A stretch of 63,778 nt of DNA, counting the filler, from Octopus bimaculoides (taxonomy: Eukaryota): assembly GCF_001194135.2 (NCBI RefSeq). It is 4 parts of 3 records of this genome, joined end to end, with 100 filler letters (N's around TTAATTAATTAA, not from the genome) between each part and the next. Parts side by side here need not be neighbours in the genome. Positions count along the whole stretch, not along the records: positions 1 to 13,702 come from NC_068989.1; 3 more parts are not named here. One strand, 5' to 3'. The notes beneath the pieces were generated by a model. That model made no database searches. It saw only the letters and a list, made by a program, of their open reading frames with translations, and was not told the origin of the DNA. This document shows positions 1-12,221 of this stretch, in pieces. The translations under genes were made by a program, and so were the position numbers. Numbering within the stretch: the first letter of the stretch is position 1; each line of letters begins with the position of its first letter.

Positions 1-244
1 AATAACCCTGAAATCCGGATCCGTTCGTGCTGCAGATCATGGTGAGAGGGATAACTTCCCTTGGCAAACAGGACACAGTCGTGTGTCGATAAGCCAGCTG
101 GAGGAGATGTCCTCCTGGGGCTAAAAGCAACAGTAACATCCACCCCTAGGGGTCAGCCACACTTAAGTGGCAATATACTACACTTTATCGTGCAGTTACT
201 GTTAATACTTCATTTAGAGAATTAACATTGCTTATATATATATC

Positions 245-378
245 AAAATACCAAAAATGAAATAAAATAAAAGTACACAGGCATATAAAAACATGTAAAC
301 TTCATTATATTTTTGAAGTTTACATGTTTTTATATGCCTGTGTACTTTTATTTTATTTTATTTCATTTTTGGTATTTT
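245..378. repeat. Near-perfect AT-rich palindrome (60-bp arm, 9-nt loop)
   Basis: 245-304 is the reverse complement of 314-378 except for one extra AAAAT unit. Confidence 0.92.
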
Positions 379-539
379 CGCTACTGAGAATTGTGTATAA
401 TTATTGATTCAAGGATGATATGCACACACATGTATATTAAATCTTTTGTTGGAGATGGGGTATTGTCCTTATAGTTTTCTACCTGTATTGTCTCTATTCA
501 AACTATAATTTATATATATATAAACAGCTGAAACTCTGT

Positions 540-975
540 CCTCTGCAACGCTGCTGTGCGCGATACATTACTTGCACCATGTGGAAAATATTCCACCAAT
601 ATTATCCAAATGATATCAGTATTATGTTTACAATTCACCCAAGATTAGGCCCCCGTGCAATGTGCTCCCTACAAAGGTTGAAATCACATGACATAAGACT
701 ATTGCGACACAATATCTTCACTGCAAATGGTACTGCTCTTTCCCGAAAGAAATTAAAGTAGAAAAAGACCCCACAACTTTCAAACGGTACCTGGACAAAT
801 TCCTCCAGGAAATACCGGATAAATCATCTAAACTTGTATACGTCTCAACCAACAACAACTCTCTGCTTGAGTGGTCCATGGTGAGCCGAAATAATTAACT
901 AAAAGACTTTTCCAAGTGGTGCTATTGAGTTAGTCATGGCCTGAGGTGATAATAGCCGAAACGACTCTAAGTTAT
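540..975 (+). mobile_element. 3' end of a CR1-group LINE, degraded
   Basis: LQRCCARYITCTMWKI... and FKRYLDKFLQEIPD...NSLLEW resemble CR1-group RT C-termini; ends in (TA)n. Confidence 0.65.
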
Positions 976-1027
976 ATATATATATATATATATAGCGGCG
1001 TACGTACAGTTTGGTCTCATATATATA

Positions 1028-1063
<36 letters not shown>

Positions 1064-2598
1064 TATATTGATATATATATATGTATGTGTGTGTGTATGC
1101 ATATATCTATGTATGTATGTATGTCTCTTTCAGACAACTGGTTGTAGTCTGTTTACGTTCAGCCATAAAGAACAATAGTATACGTTCCAGCCTTCAAAAA
1201 TAGGTGCTGGCTTGGATTTGTCCGGCTAAACCCTTCAAAGCGTTTCTCCAAATGGCTGCCGTTCAATGACTGAAACATGTACCAGATAAAGGATAAAAAT
1301 TATTTGTAATTATTTGTTTTTATATCCTATTACACACACACACACACACATCCGTATATAATCATATAAATATTATATAAATATAAACTGTATGTGTAGA
1401 TACGTGTGCATGTATTTGTGAGTCTATATCTGAGCGCTAGTAGTGAGTCATCTAGTCTATATTTTTCTCGTACCGCGCCCTCATATACACATATACACAC
1501 AGGAACAGCTGCACATATATGTATACTTTATTTAATAATATATATATGTATTTATATTGTGTGTGGGTACATATTGTGTGTGTACATATTGTGTGTGTAT
1601 ATATTGTGTGTGTACATATTGTGTGTGTATGTCTGTATGTGTGTGTGTGTGTGTGTGTGTTGGGCGCGCCCGTAAATGACAATAACGTACTAGATCTAAG
1701 GATTGCTTAACGCATTGTTATAGGTCTCAAAGGAACAGTGATCAATTATTTGATTTTACACTGTTTACGTGAAGAACTACTCCTGCAAATTGCATCATTA
1801 AAATCAATAAGGATGTCTTTTGTCATGTCAGGAAGCTCACATTTATTTTTACTTTTTCAAAGCATGTTTTTGTTTATAGAAATGTGTCGTGATACATTTC
1901 TCAACAATTGGCTAATACGGTTAACACCCTCCACCTACCTACAATATTTTCTTCATGTACTGACCGGAAAAAACTCTCGGCCTTTTTTTTAAAAATTCTA
2001 TTTCATTTTTTATTTATCTTCTTACTGTATGATATTTCACTGCATTTCTGGAAGGAAGGTAGGCGTGCAATGTAAATTTATGTGATTTATTCACCTTGAA
2101 GGTGAGACATGTGTATCCAAAGTTTGTCTTGGGTAACATATCAGCACATTCAATGGTTATTTATTTAGGTACATAGATCTGCAATTTTCAGGCGTTAGGA
2201 GAGGCCAATACCTTCAATTCTAGTTCTTGGCAAGTATTTTAATTTATCGGCCTTGAAAAAAATGAAAAGCAAAATAGACATCGGCGGAATTCGAACTCAG
2301 AACCTAAGACCCGGAAAAAAGGCCGCCAGTCACTTTTGCCATTTTGTCAGCTCTTACGATTTTGCCAGCTCACTTAAATCTAATGGCACAAAACCAGTAA
2401 CTTTAAAGGAATTGAATAGGTCGATACCATCGATCTCACTACTTTATTGATATTATATATAGTATATAGAGGCGCAGGTGCGGCTGTGTGGTAAGAAGCT
2501 TGCTTCTCAACCACCTTGGGAAAGTGTCTTCTACTATAGCCTCAGGCCAACCAAAATCCTGTGAGTGGATTTGGTAGACGGAAACTGAAAGAAGCCCG

Positions 2599-2649
<51 letters not shown>

Positions 2650-3261
2650 TTAAAAAGACGTACTGGGGTCGATTCATTCGATTAAAAACTCAAGGCGGTG
2701 CCCCTGCATGGTTGCAGTATAATAACTGAAACAAGAAAAAGAGTAAAAAAGAATAATGTACAGATACATACAGACAGACAGACAGACAGAGTTATTAATA
2801 GCGGATTGTCAATCTTGGCAAAATACTTCTCAAGTTCTCTGTTAATACAAATACACCAGATTAGCAAAATGTTTTCAGAACAGATTGTAATAGGACTTCA
2901 GGTAATCCTAAGGCAAGATTTGCAGCCGAAGTCCATCCGCAGTCGAATTTGTAAATCTATCGTTGTATTCCTCAGTTTATATAGTATTTTTCACAGAGTC
3001 ATATACAAGTATTTTTCACAGAGTCATATACAAGAAAAGGCATATTCATTTATTTGTGAATCGATTAAGTAAATGTTCATAATTCCGTTTATTCAATCGG
3101 TCGATTAAGTAAACGGAAATGTCAGTACAAACGATTGATAACGGTTTAAATGAAAAATTCAACTTGTGTTCAGAGACAGAAAAAAATGCAGCAAAGCATT
3201 TTTCCCGACACACTAATATTTCTGTTAATCCACCACCTTTACTGTAATATATAATTATTCT

Positions 3262-3480
3262 AAGGCGGCGAGCTGGCAGAAACGTTAGCACGGTGGGCGA
3301 AATGCTTGGCGGTATTTCGTCTGCCGCTACGTTCTGAGTTCAAATTCCGCCGAGGTCGACTTTGCCTTTCATCCTTTCCGGGTCGATTAAATAAGTATCA
3401 GTTACGCACTGGTGTCGATATAATCGACTTAATCCGTTTGTCTGTCTTTGTTTGTCCCCTATGTGGGTAGTAAAGAAATA
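3262..3480 (+). mobile_element. SINE family A; other copies near 2205-2370, 3533-3705, 6112-6300, 23856-24327, 31426-31610, 35695-35882, 40924-41145, 46082-46370, 59140-59295
   Basis: ggcggcgagctggcagaaacgttagcac…gagttcaaattccgccgaggtcgactttgcc (B-box-like GAGTTCAAATTCC). Confidence 0.88.
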
Positions 3481-4383
3481 ACACTAATATTTCTGTTAAT
3501 CCACCACCTTTACTGTAATATATAATTATTCTAAGGCGACGATCTGGCAGAAACGTTAGCACACCGATCGAAATGCTTAGCGGTATTTTGTCTCTCTTTA
3601 CGTTATGAATTCAAATTCCCTCGAGTTCGACTTTGCCTTTCCTCCTTTTAGGATCGACTGGCCCTCTCCCCCAAAATTTCGGACCTTGTGCCTAGAGTAG
3701 AAAAGAATATATAATTATTCTGTATTATACATGGTGTTTGTAAAATTATTATTTTAGTAATGTGGGTTGCTAGTTAGTCCATATCACACCGTAAAGAGCA
3801 TAAGCCTGGTTTCCTGGTTTCTCTGCCGTATATATTCTTTACCTGGACGGGACGTCGGTCCATCGCAAGATTACTCATTTTTACCAACTGAGTGGACTGA
3901 AGTAACGCGAAATGAGGTGTTTTTCTCAAGAACATAATGCATCGCCCAGTCCAGGAATCGAAACCACAATATTACGATCATAAATCCAACACCCTAGCCA
4001 CTAAGACACGTGCGTCTACAATGAGGGTTTGTAATGGGCAATACTTCATAAGGTCTACTGCTCGAAAATACCATATCTAGAAGAAACACTATTGCCTGTA
4101 GCTCATGTAAATCATAGCATTTGTTCTCATTAGTCTTGTACCAGAAAGCTCAATATTGGAAACCAAACTCTAACTTAAACCTAACACTAACCCGAAACCT
4201 AACCTTAATCATAACCCAAGGATGCACAAAGCCTAAATAATCTTCGCAGTCACAGTCTTTAATTATTCATACCAAAGCTGACAAATCCCCAGGATTTGGA
4301 AAGTGAAGAAAATTAAGGACAGTTGTAAAACGTTTGTGAAACTACTTTTGGTGACTGAACCGCGTCGTTTAAAGATTGCTTAC

Positions 4384-4413
4384 GTGCTGTTGGTCTGGTT
4401 GCTTATAGAGGAC
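4384..4413 (-). CDS. Candidate 30-nt mini-exon (Q)SSISNQTNS(T) of the - strand gene
   Basis: TACTAACgctgcAG acceptor, AC|GTAAGC donor, phase 2-2 compatible; two N-glycosylation sequons. The branch-point to AG distance is unusually short. Confidence 0.2.
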
Positions 4414-5542
4414 CTGCAGCGTTAGTAACAACAGTGACAATAATAGCAGCAGCAAAACAGCACGAAACAGCTGCTTTGAATCAAGTAAATATATCAAGTA
4501 AAACGTGTTGGTAATTATTAGCTCGTCGAATTCTATACTTTCACTTATGTTGTATAAGATCAGAGCAGACACTTCTAATTATGTTGGTTGGTTACAATAC
4601 ATATCAATTACGACTGAATGTCAACTTTGCTAATGATACATTCGCCTTCTTTTTTATATTTCGAAATAGCAATGCAGTTTAATTGGTGTTAGATACTGAA
4701 ATAATTTCTCTTAATCGATAATGTTGTATGGCAAATTGAAAGAATAATATCTTATGAAAGAGACGCGACAACATAAAAGGCCAATATAATATTTACAAAC
4801 TTTCCACATATTGGAGAAGATGACACTGGGTATACAACTAATTTCAGTCATGCATACTGGGACTGCAATACTGCACCATATAGGAAAAAAATACAATTTC
4901 CCAACCAGTAGAGCAAATGGTTTTCCGCCGGGTTCGACGATGAGTATTTAGCGGTTGGGTCACCTGATTTACTGAATTATTCTTTCGTCTCGTTGAATTA
5001 GCATGAAAGTGGTTCAGTATTCCGTAGATATGTATGATCGTAACACCATTCTCAAGTGGAATCAATGCCACATTTTGTGTGTGTGTGTGTGTGAAAAACC
5101 ATACCATTTGAATTACATGTAGAATTCATACGATTTTCGTCTATCCACTTTCCAAGGTTTGGGTCGAGCCGAGATAGTGATAAAAGATACACTTGATGCG
5201 ACTCCATGATATCGAACGTAGAACCTCATGATTACGAAGCGAACTTCTTAAACATCCAGCTATGTTGCGTCCACTTGGTCAAATTGACAGAGCTACGATG
5301 TATCAGAAACAAAGAATCTGTGAACAGTCTTTCGCCGTACGACTGAAACCCTACGTGCATATTCATATCTAGTTAGTGTTAATGATTCTTTCATTAAATA
5401 CATCAACATTAACTTACCAAATGTTCTGTTTATTTATTTATCATTTTTTTTTTTTGTTACATAGATATGTTTTCTCTGAATTATACTTTCAGAAACATTT
5501 CTGATTACCCATGGTAATTAATGTACAATAATGTATATTTAC

Positions 5543-5653
5543 TGAGTGAATCCTTTCTCCTCACTACAGAAACAATGGTGAAAGTTATATAACACAGAGG
5601 AGATCAGAATAAGACCGAAGCATATTTTGAGTTGTCTAATCGTACTTGTTTCT
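5543..5653 (-). CDS. Candidate exon of an unknown - strand gene encoding a signal-peptide-like segment (E)ETSTIRQLKICFGLILISSVLYNFHHCFCSEEKGFT
   Basis: Acceptor ttatttatttattttcAG, donor CA|GTAAAT, 111 nt, phase 2-2, open frame with a hydrophobic core, in non-repetitive sequence. Confidence 0.45.
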
Positions 5654-6469
5654 CTGAAAATAAATAAATAATTTGTTCATTGATTTATTTGTTTCTTTCC
5701 CGCCCCCGCATAATTACATCAGGTTAGTTTATTAATATGCCATTTATAATTGCTCTTATAATGAATGATAAATAAATTTAAGCAAACTCTTATCCCTTTC
5801 AAAATCAAAGAAATCGCAAAGTAGAACATGCCTTTCGAAACAATCCTCGTGTCCCATGTTGAAAATTAGGAAAAAAGTGTGCATTTTCGCTTAACCAATT
5901 AGTCGTTCCTTCATTACTATTTCAGAAAAAAACAGAAATTGCGTTTCACTGATGATATCTGAATAAGACAGAAACATGTTCACACCTGTCTCCTGTACTT
6001 GTCTCCCTTAAAAAAGAAAAAGAAATGGTCATTGACTAATCTGGTTTATTTTTGTCCTACTATGACATTATAACAGATGGTTGATATTGCTTGTTAATAT
6101 TCCGTTCATGTTAGCACACCAGGCAAAATATTTAGCGGCATTTCGCCCGCCTTAAAGACCTGAGTTCAAATTTCGCCGAGCTCGACTTTGCTTCTCGTCC
6201 TTTTTAGGTCGATTAAATAAGTACCAGTTGATTACTGGGTCGATGGAATCGACTTGCCCCTCCCTTAAAATTGCTGGCCTTGTGCTAAAATTGGAAACCA
6301 ATTCTTCATTTATTTTAATATGTTACTACAAACTTTTAATAAAATTTTAGATTAATAACAATTTTGCTCAAAATCAAACAAATCACACACACACTTACAC
6401 GCACCAGTACTCACATGGACACAAAGCAAAGCCTTCAAGTTTGCAACATGAATACTTACATACGTAGGT

Positions 6470-7478
6470 ATGTAACCGGAAACCGGAAACAAGCCCATTG
6501 TAGTTCTGGCTTTCACCTCTAGACAGTCCTTCAGAACAGAAAAGCTAGTTGATATTTGTCGACGCCTTTAGTTTTCTTGGGCACGTCATTCCACTTGTCT
6601 TCCGCTAATCTTCAGTCGGACAATACCACTTTATCATTCTCTGTCTTCGCATGACTCAAAACTGCAGCTCTATCACAGAGTCGAGTTAGGTAAAAACTCA
6701 TGGTGGCCAAAAACTGCCTGCCGTTCTCAAACTGGTCCGAACCCCGAGTAATTTAGTCGGTCAGTCCGTGCAGCGTCTCACGACGATGTTAGAATGGATC
6801 TGCTTCTTCAGCTGCCGAGCTGACTTCTCACAGACTTCTTCAGTTAATTTTCGCTCCTGTCACCTCCCCTTAAAGTAGTGTAGATCAACTCGACACCATT
6901 AGAGGAACGTCTTTCACACGTACCAAAGCACGGGATGACCCTCAACGTCTCTAGTTGAGACGGGGAAGCTTTGACGGAACAAACCGAACGCTTCCGATAA
7001 ACGAGTGACTCTCAACCGGGATCCATACAGCGCCAGAGGGTCAGTATAAAATTTTTGGGTGTCCTCACAAAAAATTGTAAATTGGGGATTCCCGATAGTA
7101 TTTTAAGGGTCCCTGAAAATTTTTGCATTAGATGTATTTATTGGGATGTATTACAAGAAACAGCTAGGTTTCTTCCTTTAACATTTTACACAGTTCGTCC
7201 GACACAAGTTAATGCGTAAAAAACAAGATAGGAATTTTGAAGAAGTTGAAACTACATTTTAAACATCAAATGGCTACGAAGATCCACCAGAATAAAATAA
7301 TGTTCAAAGGGGTCCACAGATAAAAAATAGTTGAGAACCTCTGCGATAGACCATCATTTTTCTCTGACCACCGCGTAGGTGTTGCTGTACATTGCAGCGA
7401 TCCAATAACTGAAAACAGGATCGAAACAAGACACCGTGAAGACAGCTGCCACATCTTGAGGGTCAGCCCTATCGAAAC
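6470..7478 (-). mobile_element. Tx1/L1-clade RT relic interrupted by a hAT MITE
   Basis: FDRADPQDVAAV..FDPVFSYWIAAMYSN (7344-7478) continues after the MITE as LSEAFG..RQ..P, EVTGAKIN..KKSV..QLGS, SNIVVRRCTD*PTKLLGV; many stops and frameshifts. Confidence 0.75.
7003..7343. mobile_element. hAT-type MITE
   Basis: TIR-like ends gagtgactctcaacc / ttgagaacctctg; 8-bp TSD cgataaac / cgatagac (7/8). Confidence 0.75.
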
Positions 7479-7656
7479 TTAAAAATAATTATTATGATTT
7501 AAAATTTTTGCTAAATGCCAACGGGTTAAGTCGCTGATATTAATTCTTACTGTTCAACTGGCACGTTATTCTTTTGACTCCGAAATTATCAAAAGAAAAG
7601 TTGACATCATAACGTATAAAACATTCTGTATCCAATCAGTTCTACCAGTTTGCTGT

Positions 7657-9258
7657 GGATACAACTGCTACGGCAAAACAATCAACCTTCTCTTGTATAT
7701 GGGTGACCTAAAAGCGTATGCTGCAAATAATAAACAACTGGAAACATTACTATAGATAATGCATGGATTTAACAAATAAATAAACATGAAATTCGGCTTA
7801 GGAAATGTGCCAAAGCAACCTTGAAAAGAGGAAAACTAGTTAAGAGTAACAATATCACACTAGATAAAGAAAATGAAATAAGAGAATTAGACCAAAGCCA
7901 GACATACAAATACATAGGAATCAATGAACTAGATACGGTATAACACACACAAGTGAAAGAGGAGTTAAGGAAGGAATACTCTAGACATGTTAGATTAATA
8001 CTTAAAACAGAGCTCGATGCGAAAAACAAAGTAGTAAGAATCAATACTGTAGATCATCCAGTTATAAGTTACAGCTACAATATTATTACTTGGGTACTAA
8101 ATGAATAAACTAAACAAAAAGCTGTTTTCAGTATTTAAGGAAGCTGACAAATACAAACAAGAAATCAATCTACCTAACAAATACGAAGAAGAAGAAGAAG
8201 AAGAAGAAGAAGAAGAAGAAACAACAAAAGCTATAAAACAAATGAAATCCAAACTAAAACTAGACCAGCAACGAACCATGATAAAACGATGGCAAGAAAA
8301 GCCCCTACATGGTAAATACTGGGCTAAACTAAATGCGAAAGAAATAGACAGAGAAAAATCCCAGCAATGGCTGAGAAGCTCAGGACTCAAAGCAGAGACT
8401 GAAGGATTTTTAATTGCTGCACAAGACCAAAGCCTCCCCACCAGAAATTACCAAAAACACNNNNNNNNNNNNNNNNNNNNNNNNNNNNNNNNNNNNNNNN
8501 NNNNNNNNNNNNNNNNNNNNNNNNNNNNNNNNNNNNNNNNNNNNNNNNNNNNNNNNNNNNNNNNNNNNNNNNNNNNNNNNNNNNNNNNNNNNNNNNNNNN
8601 NNNNNNNNNNNNNNNNNNNNNNNNNNNNNNNNNNNNNNNNNNNNNNNNNNNNNNNNNNNNNNNNNNNNNNNNNNNNNNNNNNNNNNNNNNNNNNNNNNNN
8701 NNNNNNNNNNNNNNNNNNNNNNNNNNNNNNNNNNNNNNNNNNNNNNNNNNNNNNNNNNNNNNNNNNNNNNNNNNNNNNNNNNNNNNNNNNNNNNNNNNNN
8801 NNNNNNNNNNNNNNNNNNNNNNNNNNNNNNNNNNNNNNNNNNNNNNNNNNNNNNNNNNNNNNNNNNNNNNNNNNNNNNNNNNNNNNNNNNNNNNNNNNNN
8901 NNNNNNNNNNNNNNNNNNNNNNNNNNNNNNNNNNNNNNNNNNNNNNNNNNNNNNNNNNNNNNNNNNNNNNNNNNNNNNNNNNNNNNNNNNNNNNNNNNNN
9001 NNNNNNNNNNNNNNNNNNNNNNNNNNNNNNNNNNNNNNNNNNNNNNNNNNNNNNNNNNNNNNNAAAAACACCAGGACTTACAAATATATATAACATACAG
9101 AAAATTGCACTACTGGGTACTGCACACATTCTACGCAAAACACTTTCAATACAGTAAACATAAGAGCACCACAGCAAACCACAGCACATACCCAAGGCGC
9201 ACAGAGCTGCGCTCGGTAGTGAAGTGAAAGCACGTTATAAAAATAAAACTACTGAACA
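7657..9258 (+). mobile_element. 5'-truncated R4/Dong-clade non-LTR retrotransposon with 3' UTR
   Basis: LLYMGDLKAY (YMDD mutated), MKFGL.KCA, YKYIGI, KPLHGKY, LKAETEGFLIAAQDQSL, C-terminal IQKIALLGTAHILRK; followed by (TAG)n(TAA)n; internal N gap 8461-9063. Confidence 0.85.
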
Positions 9259-9279
9259 GTAGTAGTAGTAGTAGTAGTA

Positions 9280-9322
<43 letters not shown>

Positions 9323-9360
9323 CAACAACAACAACAACAACAATAATAATAATAATGATA

Positions 9361-9392
<32 letters not shown>

Positions 9393-9451
9393 AATGATAA
9401 CGACGATGATGATGATATAGCGGAATATCGCAGATTTATATGCCATAGTTT

Positions 9452-9790
9452 CGAAGGCGCATGACTCAGTGGTTAGAGCGTCGAGCTAACGATCTTGAGG
9501 TTGTGAGTTCGATTCCCAGACCGGGCTGCGTGTTGTGTTCTTGAGCAAGAGACTTTATTTCACGTTGCTCCAGTTCACTCAACTGCAGAAATGAGTTGCG
9601 ACGTCACTGGTGCCAAGCTGTATCAACCTTTGTCTTTCCCTTGGATAACATCAGTGGTGTGGAGAGGGGGTGGCTGGTGTGCATGGGCGACTGCTGGCCT
9701 CCCACAAACAACCTTGCCCGGACTTGCGCCTCGGAGGGCAAATTTCTAGGTGCAATCCCATGGTCACTGATGACCGACGGGAGTCTCCTC
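9452..9790 (+). mobile_element. tRNA-derived SINE family D; other copies at 33775-34098, 43312-43635 (-), 14092-14220 (-)
   Basis: gaaggcgcatgactcagtggttagagcg…gagttcgattcc head; shared body ending ggtgcaatcccatggtca. Confidence 0.85.
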
Positions 9791-10213
9791 CTCCGTAGTT
9801 ACGTGCAATTGCGTAAAGCACTTTTCTCTAACGATTCGAAGTTGGTTTTAATGCAGTACAAAGATATAGAAAATTACATGAGAACCGATTGATGATTTAA
9901 TCATCTCGGTATTAGTTCACAGACAAAGACAAGCTGATACATGTCCTCTAATCGATATCTGAAATCTGACAGCGGCAACACTTTTTCTTTCTGTAAAATA
10001 CAATACAATTATCAGTATGCGTTGCATTCAAACAACAAATAGCAACACAGTCAGTACAGTGTGTGTGTGTGTGTGTGTGTCTGTGTGTGTGTGTGTATAA
10101 CTATATATACGAACTCATATAGAACAGAGAAATAAAAGTAATTTAATAAAGAGTTAAAAGAGAGAGAGAGAGAGAGAAGGAGAGAGTAAGGGAGAGGGAG
10201 ATACAGATATGTC

Positions 10214-10447
10214 GTGGCACTCCGTCGGTTACGACGACGAGGGTTCCAGTTGATCCCATTAACGGAACAGACTGCTTGTGAAATTAACGTGCAATTGGCA
10301 GGGCACTCCACAGATACGTGTACCCTTAACATAGCTTTCGGGGAGATTCAGAGTGACACAGTGTGACAAGACTGACCCTTTGAAATACAGGTAACAGAAA
10401 CAGGAAGAAAGAGTTAAAGAAAATTATGGTTAAAGAGTACAGCAGGA
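10214..10447 (-). mobile_element. SINE family C, 3' half
   Basis: Reverse complement of the family C tail (ggcactccgtcggttacgacgacgagggttccagttgatcc…). Confidence 0.8.
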
Positions 10448-11583
10448 TTGCACAAGAAAGTGCAACTGGTATTTTGGTTTCACACTAAGACTTATGTCCT
10501 TCCCTGATACACATAGATGAAAATTACTCTCTCTCACACACATGCATACACACACATACATACGCATACACACGTATACACACGTATGCGCATGTGCGCG
10601 CGCGATGAACTTCCACATAAATCCCTTCTACCAAATTCTTCTCTGACGATATGGGTCAATTGGCGGGTAAAATAGAAGGCACTGGCTCAAGGTGTTACAT
10701 ATAAGACTTTGAACTTATAACCACGTGGTCGAGAAACTAACTTCTTAAGCACACAGTTATGCTCCCACAAATTTGTCATTTCTCTTCATAATAAATAAAA
10801 GGAAACTGTCGTTTATTTTGCTTACACATTATCGAGGATAATTGTCCTTTGGAGAATAAAAGTTTCTATACTTAGCCAACTGCATAGCGACTGCTTTCAC
10901 TTTGCGCTTGTTTACAGTTATTTTGCATTTTGGATCTTAATGACATGTGATATATTTTCCCACGGCTGTGACTCACCTTTATGTTGATTGTCATTGATAG
11001 AAAGTGAGTAGAATGTGTAGTCATTTCGGAAATATTTCCTGATTATAGACAAACATTCTAGAGTGTGTGAAACTTTTGGGGGAGGGGGATTTACTACTTT
11101 TCTAAATTATTGACGTTTTAGCATATCATTACTATACATTTAATAAGCTGATCTGCCAACTTTTCTATTTGAAAGAAATGACTTTAACAGCACTTTGAAG
11201 ACATCCTGTTTAGTTTTCGCATTAGGGACTAGTAAGCGCACAACGCAATACAGTTTTGTGTTAAACTAGGCAAAAATCCGCAGAAGCTTATAAAATGCTC
11301 AAGACTACTTATGGGTTAACTTGTATGAGTCATTTTAGTCATTTGTAAAAATTAATATTATTAATATCTTTTAAATACAAGCTGCTGTTCAGTATCTCTC
11401 CGTATGATAATAAACAAATACGACTCTCATTATCGATTTTATCGTACATTTTTTGATATTGTGACAGTCACACTATTTCAATTAGTCGGCGTTTGGGGGT
11501 CAGTTTATTAGAGGCTGCCACACCATTAGGAGAAATACGGTAGATGTATAAAATATTACAAGCGTTGCCTTAAAAAGTACGAA

Positions 11584-11944
11584 ACTAAAATTGAAAAATG
11601 CGCACGCTCAAAAGGGTTACAGAATGTCATAATAAACCTTAAAAAGTATGGAACTAGCATTGTTGCTCAAAATTAATGGAATCACTATATATTGTACATT
11701 CTGTGGCATCCTTTTATCACAAGAAATTTGTTTAGTTCATGAAAATTAAGTTATATAAAAATTAATTAAGTTAAGTTATCGTATACTAGATTTTAACAAA
11801 ACAATTCTCTACTAATACTAATATCATTTTCCCCAACATATAGTGATTACAATAATTTTGAGCAACAATGCTAGTTCCATACTTTTTAAGGTTTATTATG
11901 ACATTATATAACCCTTTTGAACGTGCGCATTTTTCAGTTCTAGT
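11584..11944. mobile_element. Foldback/MITE with ~105-bp terminal inverted repeats
   Basis: 11584-11689 is the reverse complement of 11838-11944 with few mismatches (…gaaaaatgcgcacg…ccttaaaaagtatggaactagcattgttgctcaaaatt…). Confidence 0.8.
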
Positions 11945-12221
11945 ATATATAACAGTTCAACCGACCTCATACTAGATCATTACGCTTTGAAGATTAAAAA
12001 CCTTGCTTGGAGATGGTTGAACTTATTACATTCAATCCAAGAATATTTCAGTCTCTGGTGTCTGACGAAAGTTTGTGCTTGAAACAAAATTTAGACACTT
12101 CTCTAAGACATTCTGTTCTGATTAAAACTGTTAATTACTATCAGAACTCTTAAGGATGCGGGAAAAATAATACAAGTAACACCTGTAGGAATTTTACCTT
12201 TTGATTTAGTAATTTGGTTTA

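Noticed and set aside
2090-2190. Further - strand exon ending CAAG|GTGAAT
   Set aside because: All three frames from the nearest acceptor hit stops.
4170-4220. Degenerate CTAACC telomere-like repeats
   Set aside because: Short and imperfect, with no recognisable Helitron or telomeric context.
5949-5985. CTGATGA…GAAACATGT as an active hammerhead
   Set aside because: The core and palindromic helix III are present, but stem II has a mismatch and no stem I can form. Counted only as a remnant.
6454-6760. Apparent - strand first exon (GCCACCATG, tandem CCGGAA, GTAAGT donor)
   Set aside because: The region is explained by the Tx1/L1 RT relic.
9452-9525. tRNA-like sequences at SINE heads (also 26885, 28836, 37057)
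   Set aside because: A/B boxes run into long shared SINE bodies with tails and TSDs, and I see no complete cloverleaf; these are not tRNA genes.
9767-9800. CTGATGA/CTGACGA hits at 9767, 44456, ~45996(-), ~52327 and ~30901(-) as hammerheads
   Set aside because: No pairing stem II followed by GAAA; they fall within SINE, CR1, Tc1 or HERO sequence.
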